Origin: Akkermansiaceae bacterium UBA7890
Lineage (GTDB): Bacteria > Verrucomicrobiota > Verrucomicrobiia > Verrucomicrobiales > Akkermansiaceae
Reading direction: 5' to 3'
Assembly: GCA_002501065.1 (NCBI GenBank)
Contig: DLRK01000196.1
Span: 133,048-197,047, forward strand
DNA length: 64,000 nt
How positions within the stretch are numbered: position 1 is the stretch's first letter; every line of letters begins with the position of its first letter. The position numbers were made by a program, and so were the translations under genes. The notes beneath the pieces are model-generated. The model was not told where the DNA came from. It saw only the letters and a program-made list of their open reading frames with translations, and made no database searches. Below are positions 25,152 to 33,174 of the stretch, one piece after another.

Positions 25152-28100
25152 TCAGGGATCGGATTTCCGGTTGGATTGACCGGGAGGAACCTCGTTGGCG
25201 TTCCATTCAGATTCACAGACCACGCGGAAGCCGACGTTGTAGACGCGTTGCCATGGTTCGTAGTTCTGGCGGAATGTTGACGTCCCCCGTGCCGGCTCAT
25301 CCCGCCAGGAGCCCCCGCGGGCAACCCGTCGTTCATCCGGTTCCTCACGCGCCTGGTCACGCCCCGTCCCCGGATGCGGGGTGTAGGCGGAGCGGGTCCA
25401 TTCCGCGACATTGCCGTGCAGGTCGTGGAGTCCCCATGGGTTTGGCAGATAGCGCCCGGAGGCCACCGCGATGAGGGCCCCGTCATTGAACCGCATGTCT
25501 TTTGGGATCCAGTCGTCGAAGGGCGTCGGGTTGGCCAGTGGTTTGTCCACGGTGTAGGGATCGCTTGCGAATTCGCGCAGTTTCGCATCGGCGAAGTTCG
25601 CGTGTTTGGAAAAGTCATCATCAGCAGAACCGAAGTTGAAGGGGGTGGCGGTCCCGGCCCGGCAGGCCCATTCCCATTGCGCCTCGGTGGGCAGGGTGAA
25701 TTCCTGGCCGGTACGGGCACTCAGCCAGCGGCAGAACTCCATGGCCTCCTGCCAGGAAACCCGAACCACTGGCTGGCCCGGGTTGTTGGCGGGATAACCA
25801 TGAATTCCGAACTGGTAGGTGTTCTTGTCCTCGACCCGGCTGTCGTGTTTCGGATTGAAAGCGGCGAACTGGGCATTGCTGATCTCAAAGCGCCCCATCC
25901 AGAAAGGTTGCCCGATATGGGCGAGGGAGACGGGTTGCTCGTCCGCCGCACCGTCGCGGCTCCCCATCAGGAACTGGCCGGTGGGAATCCGCACCAGGTC
26001 GAGGTGGAGCCCCGGATCCAGCTCCAGGCGACGGTGAACGTCCGGTCCGGCCGCCGCCTGACGGCGGATCGCCTCGGTTCTGTCGAATGGCCATCCCGCA
26101 GCCTTCAGGTGTGATTTGGGCGGAACTTCTGGCTGGCGGGGTGTCTCGGGAGCGGGGGACGGGCGGACCGTGGCGGGGATCGCTTCAGGGTCATCGATCA
26201 CATTGGCGTAGCGCTTGAGGAGTTCGCGTCGGCGTTCCCGTTGCCGGCCGGGTTGCGCGATGTGCTCACCCCAGGTGCCGTGATAGGGACAATTGAGATC
26301 AATCCACGTCACGATACGGTCCCAGGCCTCGGCGTCGAGCTTCACCCCGTGATGCCCCTTCATGAGCAACTGCACAAGGTGTGTCGTATTGGCATGGAAT
26401 TCGAGCGGCTCCAGCACGTGCATCTCGCTCTCGATTCCGGGACGGCGCACGTAGCGGTGCAGCTCGGCGTAGCCCACTGAGAATTTTCCCGCCGTCTTCG
26501 CGTAGCCGCCGTTACCGGGCGTGACGGATTTCCAGTTGGTGATCATCTCAGTCCCGCGCAGATCGGGGATGGCGGTGCCCTCCGGCGACGCCTGCCCGTC
26601 ATGGCAACTCACGCAGTGCCGGTCGATGACGGGTTGGACATCGCGCGGGTAGCTGAAGCCGCGCACCGGCCCGTGCCAGGGCGTGATCTTTGATACCTCC
26701 CGGGTCAGGGCGTAGGATTCCCGGGCTGGTGGAGTGCTGTTCTGGCGATCGTGGCAACCGGTACATTGCACCGTCTCACCCGGCATGGCGGTCATCCAGC
26801 TGCGCATGAGCTGGAGCGCTTTGCCTTCGGCATCGAGCGGTTGGATTGAGATGGGGGTGTTGGCCGGCACCTGGAATCGCGCCGAGCCGTCAGCTTCCAC
26901 CGGGACGGTGCCGAGCACGCGCTTGATGTCCCATGGGCCGTCCATGCCGACGACACCAAGCAGTCCTCCCATGCCCTGGTAGGCATAATGATAGGTGAAG
27001 AGGCGCAGACTCTTGACCGTCCCGCGTGGAACTCCACGCAGACCCTCGCCGGAATAAATGTCCTGCAGGACCACCAGTGCGTCGGTGCGGACCGGATCGA
27101 CGCGGTCGGGAATGACTGGCGGGCGTCTGGATTTGCGCAGGGGAATGGGTTCCAGCAGGGCGAACTCCGGCAACTCCTTCAGGAGCAGAAGATTGTCGAA
27201 GACGTCCGTCAGGTAGATTCCCCACCGCGAGCGGGGCCCGGGCTTGCAGGCCACCAGGAAGTATTTCTCACTCAGGGGCCAGGGGTGGAGGAATTTCGGC
27301 CAGCTGTTCATGGTGAGTCCGTCCCGGATCAGGGGATCCACCTTCTTGCCGAAGCCGGGGATTCGCTGCACGACCGGTTCCCCTTCATGCCGGCCCTTTT
27401 GCGGGTCGAAGAGGACCAGTTCCCCCATGCGCGGATGATCGTGATGGCCGCCAATGACCGAGACGATCATGGTGGGATGATTAGGGACGGGTCGGGCGTA
27501 GAAGAACGAGTTCGGCCAGAAGGAACCGCTGCCCAGGTAGGCCGATTGGTTGGTGCCATCGGGATTCATGGTGAAGAGCAACCGCGAGTTCGAGTGCGGG
27601 GTGTCGGCATACTCCCAGCGAGCGTAGAGGACACGCCCGTCGTTCATCACGGTGGGGCACCAGTTGTGTTCCTGGTCGAAACAGAGTTGGCGGATGTTTC
27701 CGCCGTCGGCATCCATCAGATAGAGATTTGCGACGTGGGCGCTGCCATTGACGCAGGGCACGCCGACAAAGGAGGCGGTGGAGGTGAACGTGATCCTGCC
27801 ATTGGGCAGGTAGCAGGCGTCATAGCTGTCCACATCGGGTTGCTCACCGGTAAGTTGGCGGGGAGAGGGGGCACCCTGGAGATTCAGCTCGAACACTTGC
27901 CAGCGGCCGTTGGGGCCGGGCATGGAGAACAGGGCACGATCCGAATCCCAATGCAGATCGACATCGCCGACGAACTTCCCGCCCGGCTGGAAGAGGGTTT
28001 GCGGTTCGGCTCCCTTTTCCTTGAACGACAGCAGGCACAAGGCGTCGTCATAGCCTTTCCCGGGCAGGGAGCAGTTGCTCTCCCAGTTGCGCGGCAAGCC

Positions 28101-28484
28101 CAGGGCAGGCGATTTTGCGGAGCGTTTGACCAGGAGAAGCTGATCGAAATCGAGGAGGGGATTGCCCAGGAGGGCTTCATGCTGCAACGCGAGGAACTGC
28201 TCCCGGATATCTCCCCGGGTGGCGGCCTTTTCCATTTCCCCGAGTCGAGCGAGGTAACGCCCTCCTTCGGGATAGCGTCCTTCAAAGGTCTGGATCAGGT
28301 CCTCGACGGCACGGCGCAAGGCAGGAAGGTTGATTCCCGGTCCGTGAGCGCCACTACCGGGGGATGTTGACTTGGGCGATTGAGCATGGAGGGAGGCGGG
28401 GACCAGCAGGCCCAGAAGCAAGAATCCCCAGCGGTTCCCTGCGACGCCTCCCGGCAGAAAGCGAAAAAGTTCGGATCTGATCAT
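25152..28484 (-). CDS. HzsA-related beta-propeller c-type cytochrome, paralogue 6, fused to a C-terminal FGE-sulfatase (SUMF1/EgtB/PvdO-type) domain
   Basis: Start is set at ATG 28484 (MIRSELFRFLPGGVAGNRWGFLLLGLLVPASLHA). Linker: NPLLDFDQLLLVKR. Blades: LPNGRITFTSTA, NDGRVLYARWEYADTPHSNSRLLFTMNPDGTN. Haem block: GTVPVEADGSARFQVPANTPISIQPLDAEGKALQLMRSWMTAMPGETVQCTGCHDR. Second module: VQPVIDRHCVSCHD. The last ~285 aa are FGE-like: VRIPTGQFLMGS...PVVRVSWQEAMEFCRWLS...LPTEAQWEWACRAG...GLHDLHGNVAEWT...RVARGGSWRD...GFRVV. Confidence 0.85.
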   Translation of the reverse strand: MIRSELFRFLPGGVAGNRWGFLLLGLLVPASLHAQSPKSTSPGSGAHGPGINLPALRRAVEDLIQTFEGRYPEGGRYLARLGEMEKAATRGDIREQFLALQHEALLGNPLLDFDQLLLVKRSAKSPALGLPRNWESNCSLPGKGYDDALCLLSFKEKGAEPQTLFQPGGKFVGDVDLHWDSDRALFSMPGPNGRWQVFELNLQGAPSPRQLTGEQPDVDSYDACYLPNGRITFTSTASFVGVPCVNGSAHVANLYLMDADGGNIRQLCFDQEHNWCPTVMNDGRVLYARWEYADTPHSNSRLLFTMNPDGTNQSAYLGSGSFWPNSFFYARPVPNHPTMIVSVIGGHHDHPRMGELVLFDPQKGRHEGEPVVQRIPGFGKKVDPLIRDGLTMNSWPKFLHPWPLSEKYFLVACKPGPRSRWGIYLTDVFDNLLLLKELPEFALLEPIPLRKSRRPPVIPDRVDPVRTDALVVLQDIYSGEGLRGVPRGTVKSLRLFTYHYAYQGMGGLLGVVGMDGPWDIKRVLGTVPVEADGSARFQVPANTPISIQPLDAEGKALQLMRSWMTAMPGETVQCTGCHDRQNSTPPARESYALTREVSKITPWHGPVRGFSYPRDVQPVIDRHCVSCHDGQASPEGTAIPDLRGTEMITNWKSVTPGNGGYAKTAGKFSVGYAELHRYVRRPGIESEMHVLEPLEFHANTTHLVQLLMKGHHGVKLDAEAWDRIVTWIDLNCPYHGTWGEHIAQPGRQRERRRELLKRYANVIDDPEAIPATVRPSPAPETPRQPEVPPKSHLKAAGWPFDRTEAIRRQAAAGPDVHRRLELDPGLHLDLVRIPTGQFLMGSRDGAADEQPVSLAHIGQPFWMGRFEISNAQFAAFNPKHDSRVEDKNTYQFGIHGYPANNPGQPVVRVSWQEAMEFCRWLSARTGQEFTLPTEAQWEWACRAGTATPFNFGSADDDFSKHANFADAKLREFASDPYTVDKPLANPTPFDDWIPKDMRFNDGALIAVASGRYLPNPWGLHDLHGNVAEWTRSAYTPHPGTGRDQAREEPDERRVARGGSWRDEPARGTSTFRQNYEPWQRVYNVGFRVVCESEWNANEVPPGQSNRKSDP

Positions 28485-28669
28485 GGAAATGTGGATAGTG
28501 CGTTTCTTGACGGAGGATGACGCGCTGCTGCGGGACCATTGCCCAATCACGGGTAGTCCGTCAGATCCACCTGAACTCACCACTCCGGAGGCAGCAGTTT
28601 CACCTTCCCTTAAACTGCTCCATCACGGACACCCATTGCGAATGGAAAGGGTCCTTGATTGGACAAGTT

Positions 28670-28683
28670 TTGATCGAAGTCAA
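28670..28683. promoter_or_regulatory. FNR-type box TTGATcgaaGTCAA
   Basis: Lies in the 347-bp divergent region between the paralogue 6-5-4 operon (ATG 28484, centre 192.5 bp away) and GH32 (ATG 28832, 155.5 bp away). Confidence 0.5.
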
Positions 28684-28831
28684 AGTCGTGTCCGGGCGGA
28701 TGACTACCTGCCCGCAGCTCCTCGTCCCGCCATAAACCAGAACCATCCGGGGTTCCTCCGTGTGCTGCGCTTTTCCCTGGATCGATCCCGTCTGAAAGGA
28801 CTTTTGAATTGTTCGCGTAGACCCGAACGCG

Positions 28832-30253
28832 ATGAAATTACTGAGGATCTCATTTGTGTTGTCTAGTTGCGCTGCTTCCGCCCTGGTTGCGGATGGTGAG
28901 AACACCGGCAAGGCACTGGAGACCCCCGCCTGGCCGGAGGAACCGCCTGCCAACTGGCTGACCTACCATCTTGCCCATCCCGGCCCGGGCAACGCCTTTC
29001 CGGGGGACCCGAACTGCGTGTTCGACTACAAGGGCCGCTACCACCTGCACTACATTTATCGCAATCGCACCGGATTTGTCTTTGCCCATGTTTCCAGTGA
29101 TGACCTGGTGCGCTGGAAGTGGCATCCGACGGTGCTCGCTCCTCCGACAACCGGACACGGGATGTTCAGTGGCACCGGTTTTTACACCAAGGACGGCCGC
29201 CCCACGGTCATCTATCACGGCCAGGGTTCGGGGCGTAACTGGATCCAGCATCCGCTCGACGATCAATTCGACAGCTGGTCCAAACCCGTTCCGGTGCTGC
29301 CGAAGACCGCCGATGGCAAGGATCCCAAGATGCGTCACTGGGATCCGGATTGCTGGCTGAACGGCGAAACGTATTACGCGCTGTCCGGTGGGCAGAACCC
29401 GCAGTTGATGAAGTCGACAGACCTCAAGAACTGGATCTACCTCGGCGACGTGCTGCACAAGGACTACCCGGCGGATCTCGGAGTGCCCAAGGGCGAGGAC
29501 ATTTCCTGCTCCAACATGTTCAAGATCGGCGACAAGTGGATGCTGCTGTGCATCAGTCACTCACTCGGGTGCCGCTATTACCTTGGTGACTTCAAGGATG
29601 AGAAGTATCTGCCAGAGTCCCACGCGATGATGAGCTTCGGCAACAACATGTTCTTCGCGCCGGAGTCGATGCTGACCCGCGACGGTCGGCGGGTGATGTG
29701 GGCCTGGCTGCTCAAGGTGCCCGCGGCGCCGACAGGCTTGCAGTGTCTGCCGCGCGAACTCGAGTTGCCAGAGGACGGGGTGCTTAGAATCCGCCCACTT
29801 CGGGAACTCAGCAAGCTTCGCTACGATGAAAAGAACTGGAGGGATCTGTCGATCAAAGACGGTGCGGAGCACGCTCTGAACGACCTCGAGGGGGACGCTC
29901 TTGAACTGGAGATCACCATCGCCGCGCCAGTGCCCGCCGAGGCTGGGTTGCACCTGCTGGGCGATGACGATGCCAGGGATGAGATGAGCATTGTCGCTGG
30001 TGGGAAGCGGAATACCCTGACGGTCGGCCCGACGAAGCCGCCGTTTGCACTCAAAGAAGGCGAGGATCTCACGCTGCGTGTGTTCATCGACAAGAACCTG
30101 GTCGAGGTTTTTGCCAACGACCGCCAGGCGGCGGCCTTTGCTCATAAGCACATCCGCAAGAAACCAAACATCCGTCTCTTCGCCAAAGGGGGCGATGTGG
30201 TCGTCAAGTCAATCAAGGCGTGGAAGATGAAGACGATCTATCAAATGCCTTAA
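28832..30253 (+). CDS. Glycoside hydrolase family 32-like (beta-fructosidase/levanase-type) protein
   Basis: 473 aa, signal MKLLRISFVLSSCAASALVA. GH32-type blocks appear in order: GDPNCVFDYKGRYHLHY (WMNDPNG-like), FSGTG, RHWDPDCW (RDP-like), EDISCSNMF (EC-like), followed by a C-terminal beta-sandwich. Confidence 0.65.
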   Translation: MKLLRISFVLSSCAASALVADGENTGKALETPAWPEEPPANWLTYHLAHPGPGNAFPGDPNCVFDYKGRYHLHYIYRNRTGFVFAHVSSDDLVRWKWHPTVLAPPTTGHGMFSGTGFYTKDGRPTVIYHGQGSGRNWIQHPLDDQFDSWSKPVPVLPKTADGKDPKMRHWDPDCWLNGETYYALSGGQNPQLMKSTDLKNWIYLGDVLHKDYPADLGVPKGEDISCSNMFKIGDKWMLLCISHSLGCRYYLGDFKDEKYLPESHAMMSFGNNMFFAPESMLTRDGRRVMWAWLLKVPAAPTGLQCLPRELELPEDGVLRIRPLRELSKLRYDEKNWRDLSIKDGAEHALNDLEGDALELEITIAAPVPAEAGLHLLGDDDARDEMSIVAGGKRNTLTVGPTKPPFALKEGEDLTLRVFIDKNLVEVFANDRQAAAFAHKHIRKKPNIRLFAKGGDVVVKSIKAWKMKTIYQMP

Positions 30254-30335
30254 GCAGTTACCGGCAGGCAATCCGGCTCCGGTTCTCCTGGCGGACGATT
30301 CGGTTCAGCCTGCCGGGGCTGGTGGGCGTTGATCC

Positions 30336-30361
30336 GGTCAACCGCTGAGGCGCGGTTGACC
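30336..30361. terminator. Stem-loop between convergent genes (candidate bidirectional terminator)
   Basis: GGTCAACCGC-tgaggc-GCGGTTGACC: perfect 10-bp stem with a 6-nt loop, between the GH32 stop (30253) and the stop of the minus-strand gene (30376). No clear U-tract. Confidence 0.45.
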
Positions 30362-30375
30362 TGTGAAGACAGTCC

Positions 30376-30804
30376 TCAACCCTCGAGCGGCGAGGATTTG
30401 CGGAGTTTCCTGGCATCATCCATGAGCCGGCTCCGGAATTGGGTCTCCTCGTCTCCGGGCTTGGGTCTCATGAGAAGGATTGCGCCTGGTTTCTGATCGT
30501 GTGCCACGGGCAGGGGAATGACCGCCACGGCGAGGTCGAGGGGCGATCTGTCCACCGCACAGATTTTCTCCTCGCAAAAGGCGATTGGGCCACCGTTGCG
30601 GACCGCTTTTACCGCTGGGCAGCGGGCAGCGCAATTTTGGTCCGCCACCGGGAAGACCTTCCAGCATGGTTTGCCGAGCCAGTCCGACTGGACGAGGGAC
30701 TTTGCCTGGCCGTTAAGGTAGATCACCTCCATGCCCTTGCTGACCACGGCACAGGGATCCGGCGTTCTCTCAAGGAACCGCCATGGTTCAGCATCTGCAG
30801 GCAC
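30376..30804 (-). CDS. Small Cys-rich PAS-like protein (hypothetical)
   Basis: 142 aa with a GTG start in the track. The N-terminal ~100 aa look PAS-like (PCAVVSKGMEVIYLNGQAKSLV...). Six Cys at residues 18, 47, 58, 62, 77 and 82 (NCAARCPA ... FCEEKIC). No CxxCH and no output domain. It lies 250 bp downstream of ric on the same strand. Confidence 0.5.
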   Translation of the reverse strand: MPADAEPWRFLERTPDPCAVVSKGMEVIYLNGQAKSLVQSDWLGKPCWKVFPVADQNCAARCPAVKAVRNGGPIAFCEEKICAVDRSPLDLAVAVIPLPVAHDQKPGAILLMRPKPGDEETQFRSRLMDDARKLRKSSPLEG

Positions 30805-31054
30805 GTTGATGGAGAATCGGCTCTAGCGACTCATCCTGACAAGTAGAATTGCCGGATCGGTGACCTACATCCTGCGAACTTATTCACATTGCCTGGAAGC
30901 AGAGGGGAGAGTCCCCTGCATAAACTGGATCCTGGCAGGGCCTTGGCAGGGGGCGAAAAACCCTGAAACACTGCGACGAATCGATGAATGGGCCAGAAAG
31001 TCATGCTTCGCCAGTAACCGCTGGCGACCCCTGCCTGATCTTGAGCCATTCCTG

Positions 31055-31735
31055 CTAGGCCGCCCCAAGTTTGAGGGCGCGCGGGAAGAGGATGTTGTTC
31101 TCGAGATGGATGTGCTGATGGAGTGATTCTTCCAGGGCCGCCAGGCCATGCCAGAGGGCTCGCCAAGTATTGCAGGCACCGTCGGGAACGATGTAGCCGT
31201 TGGTCAGCTCCCGCAATCGTTGCAGGGCCTGGCCCGCTGACTCATGCTCGTGTTCCATGACCTGGACGGGACCGCTCGCCATGAAGCCGTCTCCCCGACG
31301 GATAAGAGGAAAGAGAATCTGCTCTTCCTTGAGCATGTGTTGTTCGAGTTCGTTCCTCAGGTCGGAGAAGACTGATGCCAGTTCGGGCAGGACGTCGGGA
31401 GCCCGGTCACCGTGAACGGCGTTCACTTTTCTGGCCATGGCCTCCAGACGGGGAAGTTCTTCGCGGAGTGGGGCGTGGTAGGTCACCAGGATGTGATCAA
31501 TCAAATCCTCGAGCGGTGACTGATCCCAGCGTTGCTGCGGGCCGTCCTTTTCTCCGGCAGTCTCGCTGATTTCATTCAGGACCATCTGCAGGTCGAGCTC
31601 GCGCTTTTGACAGGCTTCCTCCAGTGACGTTCCTCCTCCACAGCAGAAGTCGATTCCATGACGATGCAGAACGCGTGTTGCCAGCGGGTACTTGGTAGCG
31701 AGATCGCCAACGCGGGTTTCCTTTTCGATTTTCAT
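31055..31735 (-). CDS. ric: Iron-sulfur cluster repair di-iron protein (RIC/YtfE/ScdA family)
   Basis: 226 aa. ScdA_N-type N-terminus: VGDLATKYPLATRVLHRHGIDFCCGGGTSLEEAC. Hemerythrin-like His/Glu motifs follow: HILVTYHAPLREELP, LEQHMLKEEQILFP, VMEHEHE, LHQHIHLENNILFP. Confidence 0.9.
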   Translation of the reverse strand: MKIEKETRVGDLATKYPLATRVLHRHGIDFCCGGGTSLEEACQKRELDLQMVLNEISETAGEKDGPQQRWDQSPLEDLIDHILVTYHAPLREELPRLEAMARKVNAVHGDRAPDVLPELASVFSDLRNELEQHMLKEEQILFPLIRRGDGFMASGPVQVMEHEHESAGQALQRLRELTNGYIVPDGACNTWRALWHGLAALEESLHQHIHLENNILFPRALKLGAA

Positions 31736-31798
31736 TGTTTCGTTTCCATGTTCCGGAATCGCCCTCCAATGTCAGCAGAAATCCCCGATATCAAGCTT

Positions 31799-31820
31799 GC
31801 TCTTGATCAAGATCAAGAGC
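31799..31820. promoter_or_regulatory. FNR/FixK/Dnr-type box, perfect TTGATcaagATCAA (31803..31816) inside a 10+10 bp palindrome
   Basis: GCTCTTGATC-aa-GATCAAGAGC. The box centre is 74.5 bp upstream of the ric ATG (31735, minus) and about 294 bp upstream of the ctaA ATG 32103. Confidence 0.65.
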
Positions 31821-31931
31821 AGGCGCAGGCGTAATCGGACGGGGATCGAAGTTGTTCCGCCGGATGGGATGACGTCAATTTGGCGACGGCCCCGGAATGC
31901 CGCTACTGAATGTCATGCGCGTGTTCATCGG

Positions 31932-32036
31932 CACATTCGCGAAAGTCTGAACATCCGCTTGTCCGCCGAGGGCGGGGATGCGAGTATCAAGTCCACCAAG
32001 GTGTGGAAGGTGCAGACGATCTGCCAGACGCCTTAG
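31932..32036 (+). pseudogene. Remnant of the 3' end of a second GH32-like gene
   Basis: Translation HIRESLNIRLSAEGGDASIKSTKVWKVQTICQTP* aligns codon for codon with the end of the intact GH32 gene, HIRKKPNIRLFAKGGDVVVKSIKAWKMKTIYQMP* (30149..30253). By-eye nucleotide identity is ~70% over 105 nt. Nothing GH32-like lies upstream of it. Confidence 0.6.
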
Positions 32037-32102
32037 AACCGGGACTGGCTGAGCCGGAAGGGCTGATTCCGGGTGACGGACCCGGTGTGCAGTATTTTGT
32101 CC

Positions 32103-33161
32103 ATGGCCATTCCAGAGCCCCGAACTCATCATCGTCCCATCGCGATCTGGCTTTTGATCTGTTGTGCGACCCTTGCCGGAATGGTCGTGCTGGGCGGGGC
32201 AACCAGGCTGACGGGCTCGGGACTCTCGATGGTGGAATGGAAACCGGTCACCGGTGTTCTTCCTCCCCTGAACCAGGATGACTGGGAGGAGGTTTTTGGG
32301 CTCTATCAGCAGTCACCGGAATTTCAGGAGGTGAATCTCAATATGAACCTCGAGGGGTTCAAGGGCATCTTCTATCTCGAATACTTCCATCGCCTTCTCG
32401 GACGCCTGATCGGGCTCATCGTCATGCTGCCGCTGATCTACTTCGTGGTCAGAAGGAAGATCGATTGGACGCTGGCCCTGAAACTGGGAATCATGGTGGT
32501 TCTCGGCGGGTTGCAGGGGGTGCTCGGTTGGTACATGGTCCAGAGTGGGTTGGTGGATGTTCCCCATGTCAGCCAATACCGGTTGACCGCCCATCTCGGC
32601 CTGGCGTTCCTGATCTACGGCTACATTCTCTGGATTGCCTTCGATCTGCTGTGGCCGAACTCTGCCGGCAAACCAGACCCCGACCATCGTGGGCTCCGGC
32701 GCTTCTCCGTTCTCATCCCCTGCCTGGTCTTTGGGATCGTTCTTTCAGGAGGATTTGTGGCCGGCCTGAAGGCCGGTCTCATTCACAACACCTTTCCCCT
32801 GATGGGCGGTCGGGTGGTTCCGGAGGGGCTTCTGTATCTTGATCCGGTCTGGAGAAATGTTTTTGAGAATCCCGTTACGGTGCAATTCAATCACCGTGTT
32901 CTTGCGACGCTCCTGTTTGCCTTGATTCCTGTTTTCTGGCTCCACGCAAGACGCCATGCCCTGCCCCGTCGGATCAGAATCGGCTTTCACCTCCTTCTGG
33001 CAATCCTGTTGATCCAGGTTGCACTGGGCATCTCGACCCTGCTTCTGCGCGTGCCGGTGTCGATTGCGACCATTCACCAGGGTGGAGCGCTGGCTCTTTT
33101 CTCGGCGGCCTTGTTTCTGGCCAACCAGCTGGGAAAAGGGGTTGCCGGTGAGCCTCGGTAG
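32103..33161 (+). CDS. ctaA: Haem A synthase (COX15/CtaA family)
   Basis: The track ORF starts at GTG 32073; the first ATG is 32103 (MAIPEPRTHHRPIAIWLLICCATLAG). Motifs: GGATRLTGSGLSMVEWKPVTGVLPPLNQDDWEEVFGLYQQSPEF, HRLLGR, LTAHLGLAF, QFNHRVLA, IHQGGA. It is polytopic. Confidence 0.88.
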   Translation: MAIPEPRTHHRPIAIWLLICCATLAGMVVLGGATRLTGSGLSMVEWKPVTGVLPPLNQDDWEEVFGLYQQSPEFQEVNLNMNLEGFKGIFYLEYFHRLLGRLIGLIVMLPLIYFVVRRKIDWTLALKLGIMVVLGGLQGVLGWYMVQSGLVDVPHVSQYRLTAHLGLAFLIYGYILWIAFDLLWPNSAGKPDPDHRGLRRFSVLIPCLVFGIVLSGGFVAGLKAGLIHNTFPLMGGRVVPEGLLYLDPVWRNVFENPVTVQFNHRVLATLLFALIPVFWLHARRHALPRRIRIGFHLLLAILLIQVALGISTLLLRVPVSIATIHQGGALALFSAALFLANQLGKGVAGEPR

Positions 33162-33174
33162 GGCCGCCCGATGC

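Noticed and set aside
13567-28484. A genuine anammox hydrazine synthase (hzsCBA) locus
   Set aside because: Only the alpha-subunit-like architecture is present, in eight copies. I see no HzsB- or HzsC-like partners, no octahaem HAO/HDH-like gene and no other anammox markers, and the neighbours are carbohydrate-active and sugar-oxidising genes.
30329-30342. TTGATccggTCAAC, resembling the FNR-type box
   Set aside because: The half-site spacing is wrong by one base (TTGAT-N3-GTCAA). It also lies between two convergent stop codons next to a terminator-like hairpin, not in a promoter.
31692-32036. 114-aa plus-strand ORF as an intact small gene
   Set aside because: Only its last ~35 codons resemble anything (the GH32 C-terminus). 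The upstream part overlaps the ric promoter and FNR-type box and has no coding signature, so it is treated as a pseudogene remnant.
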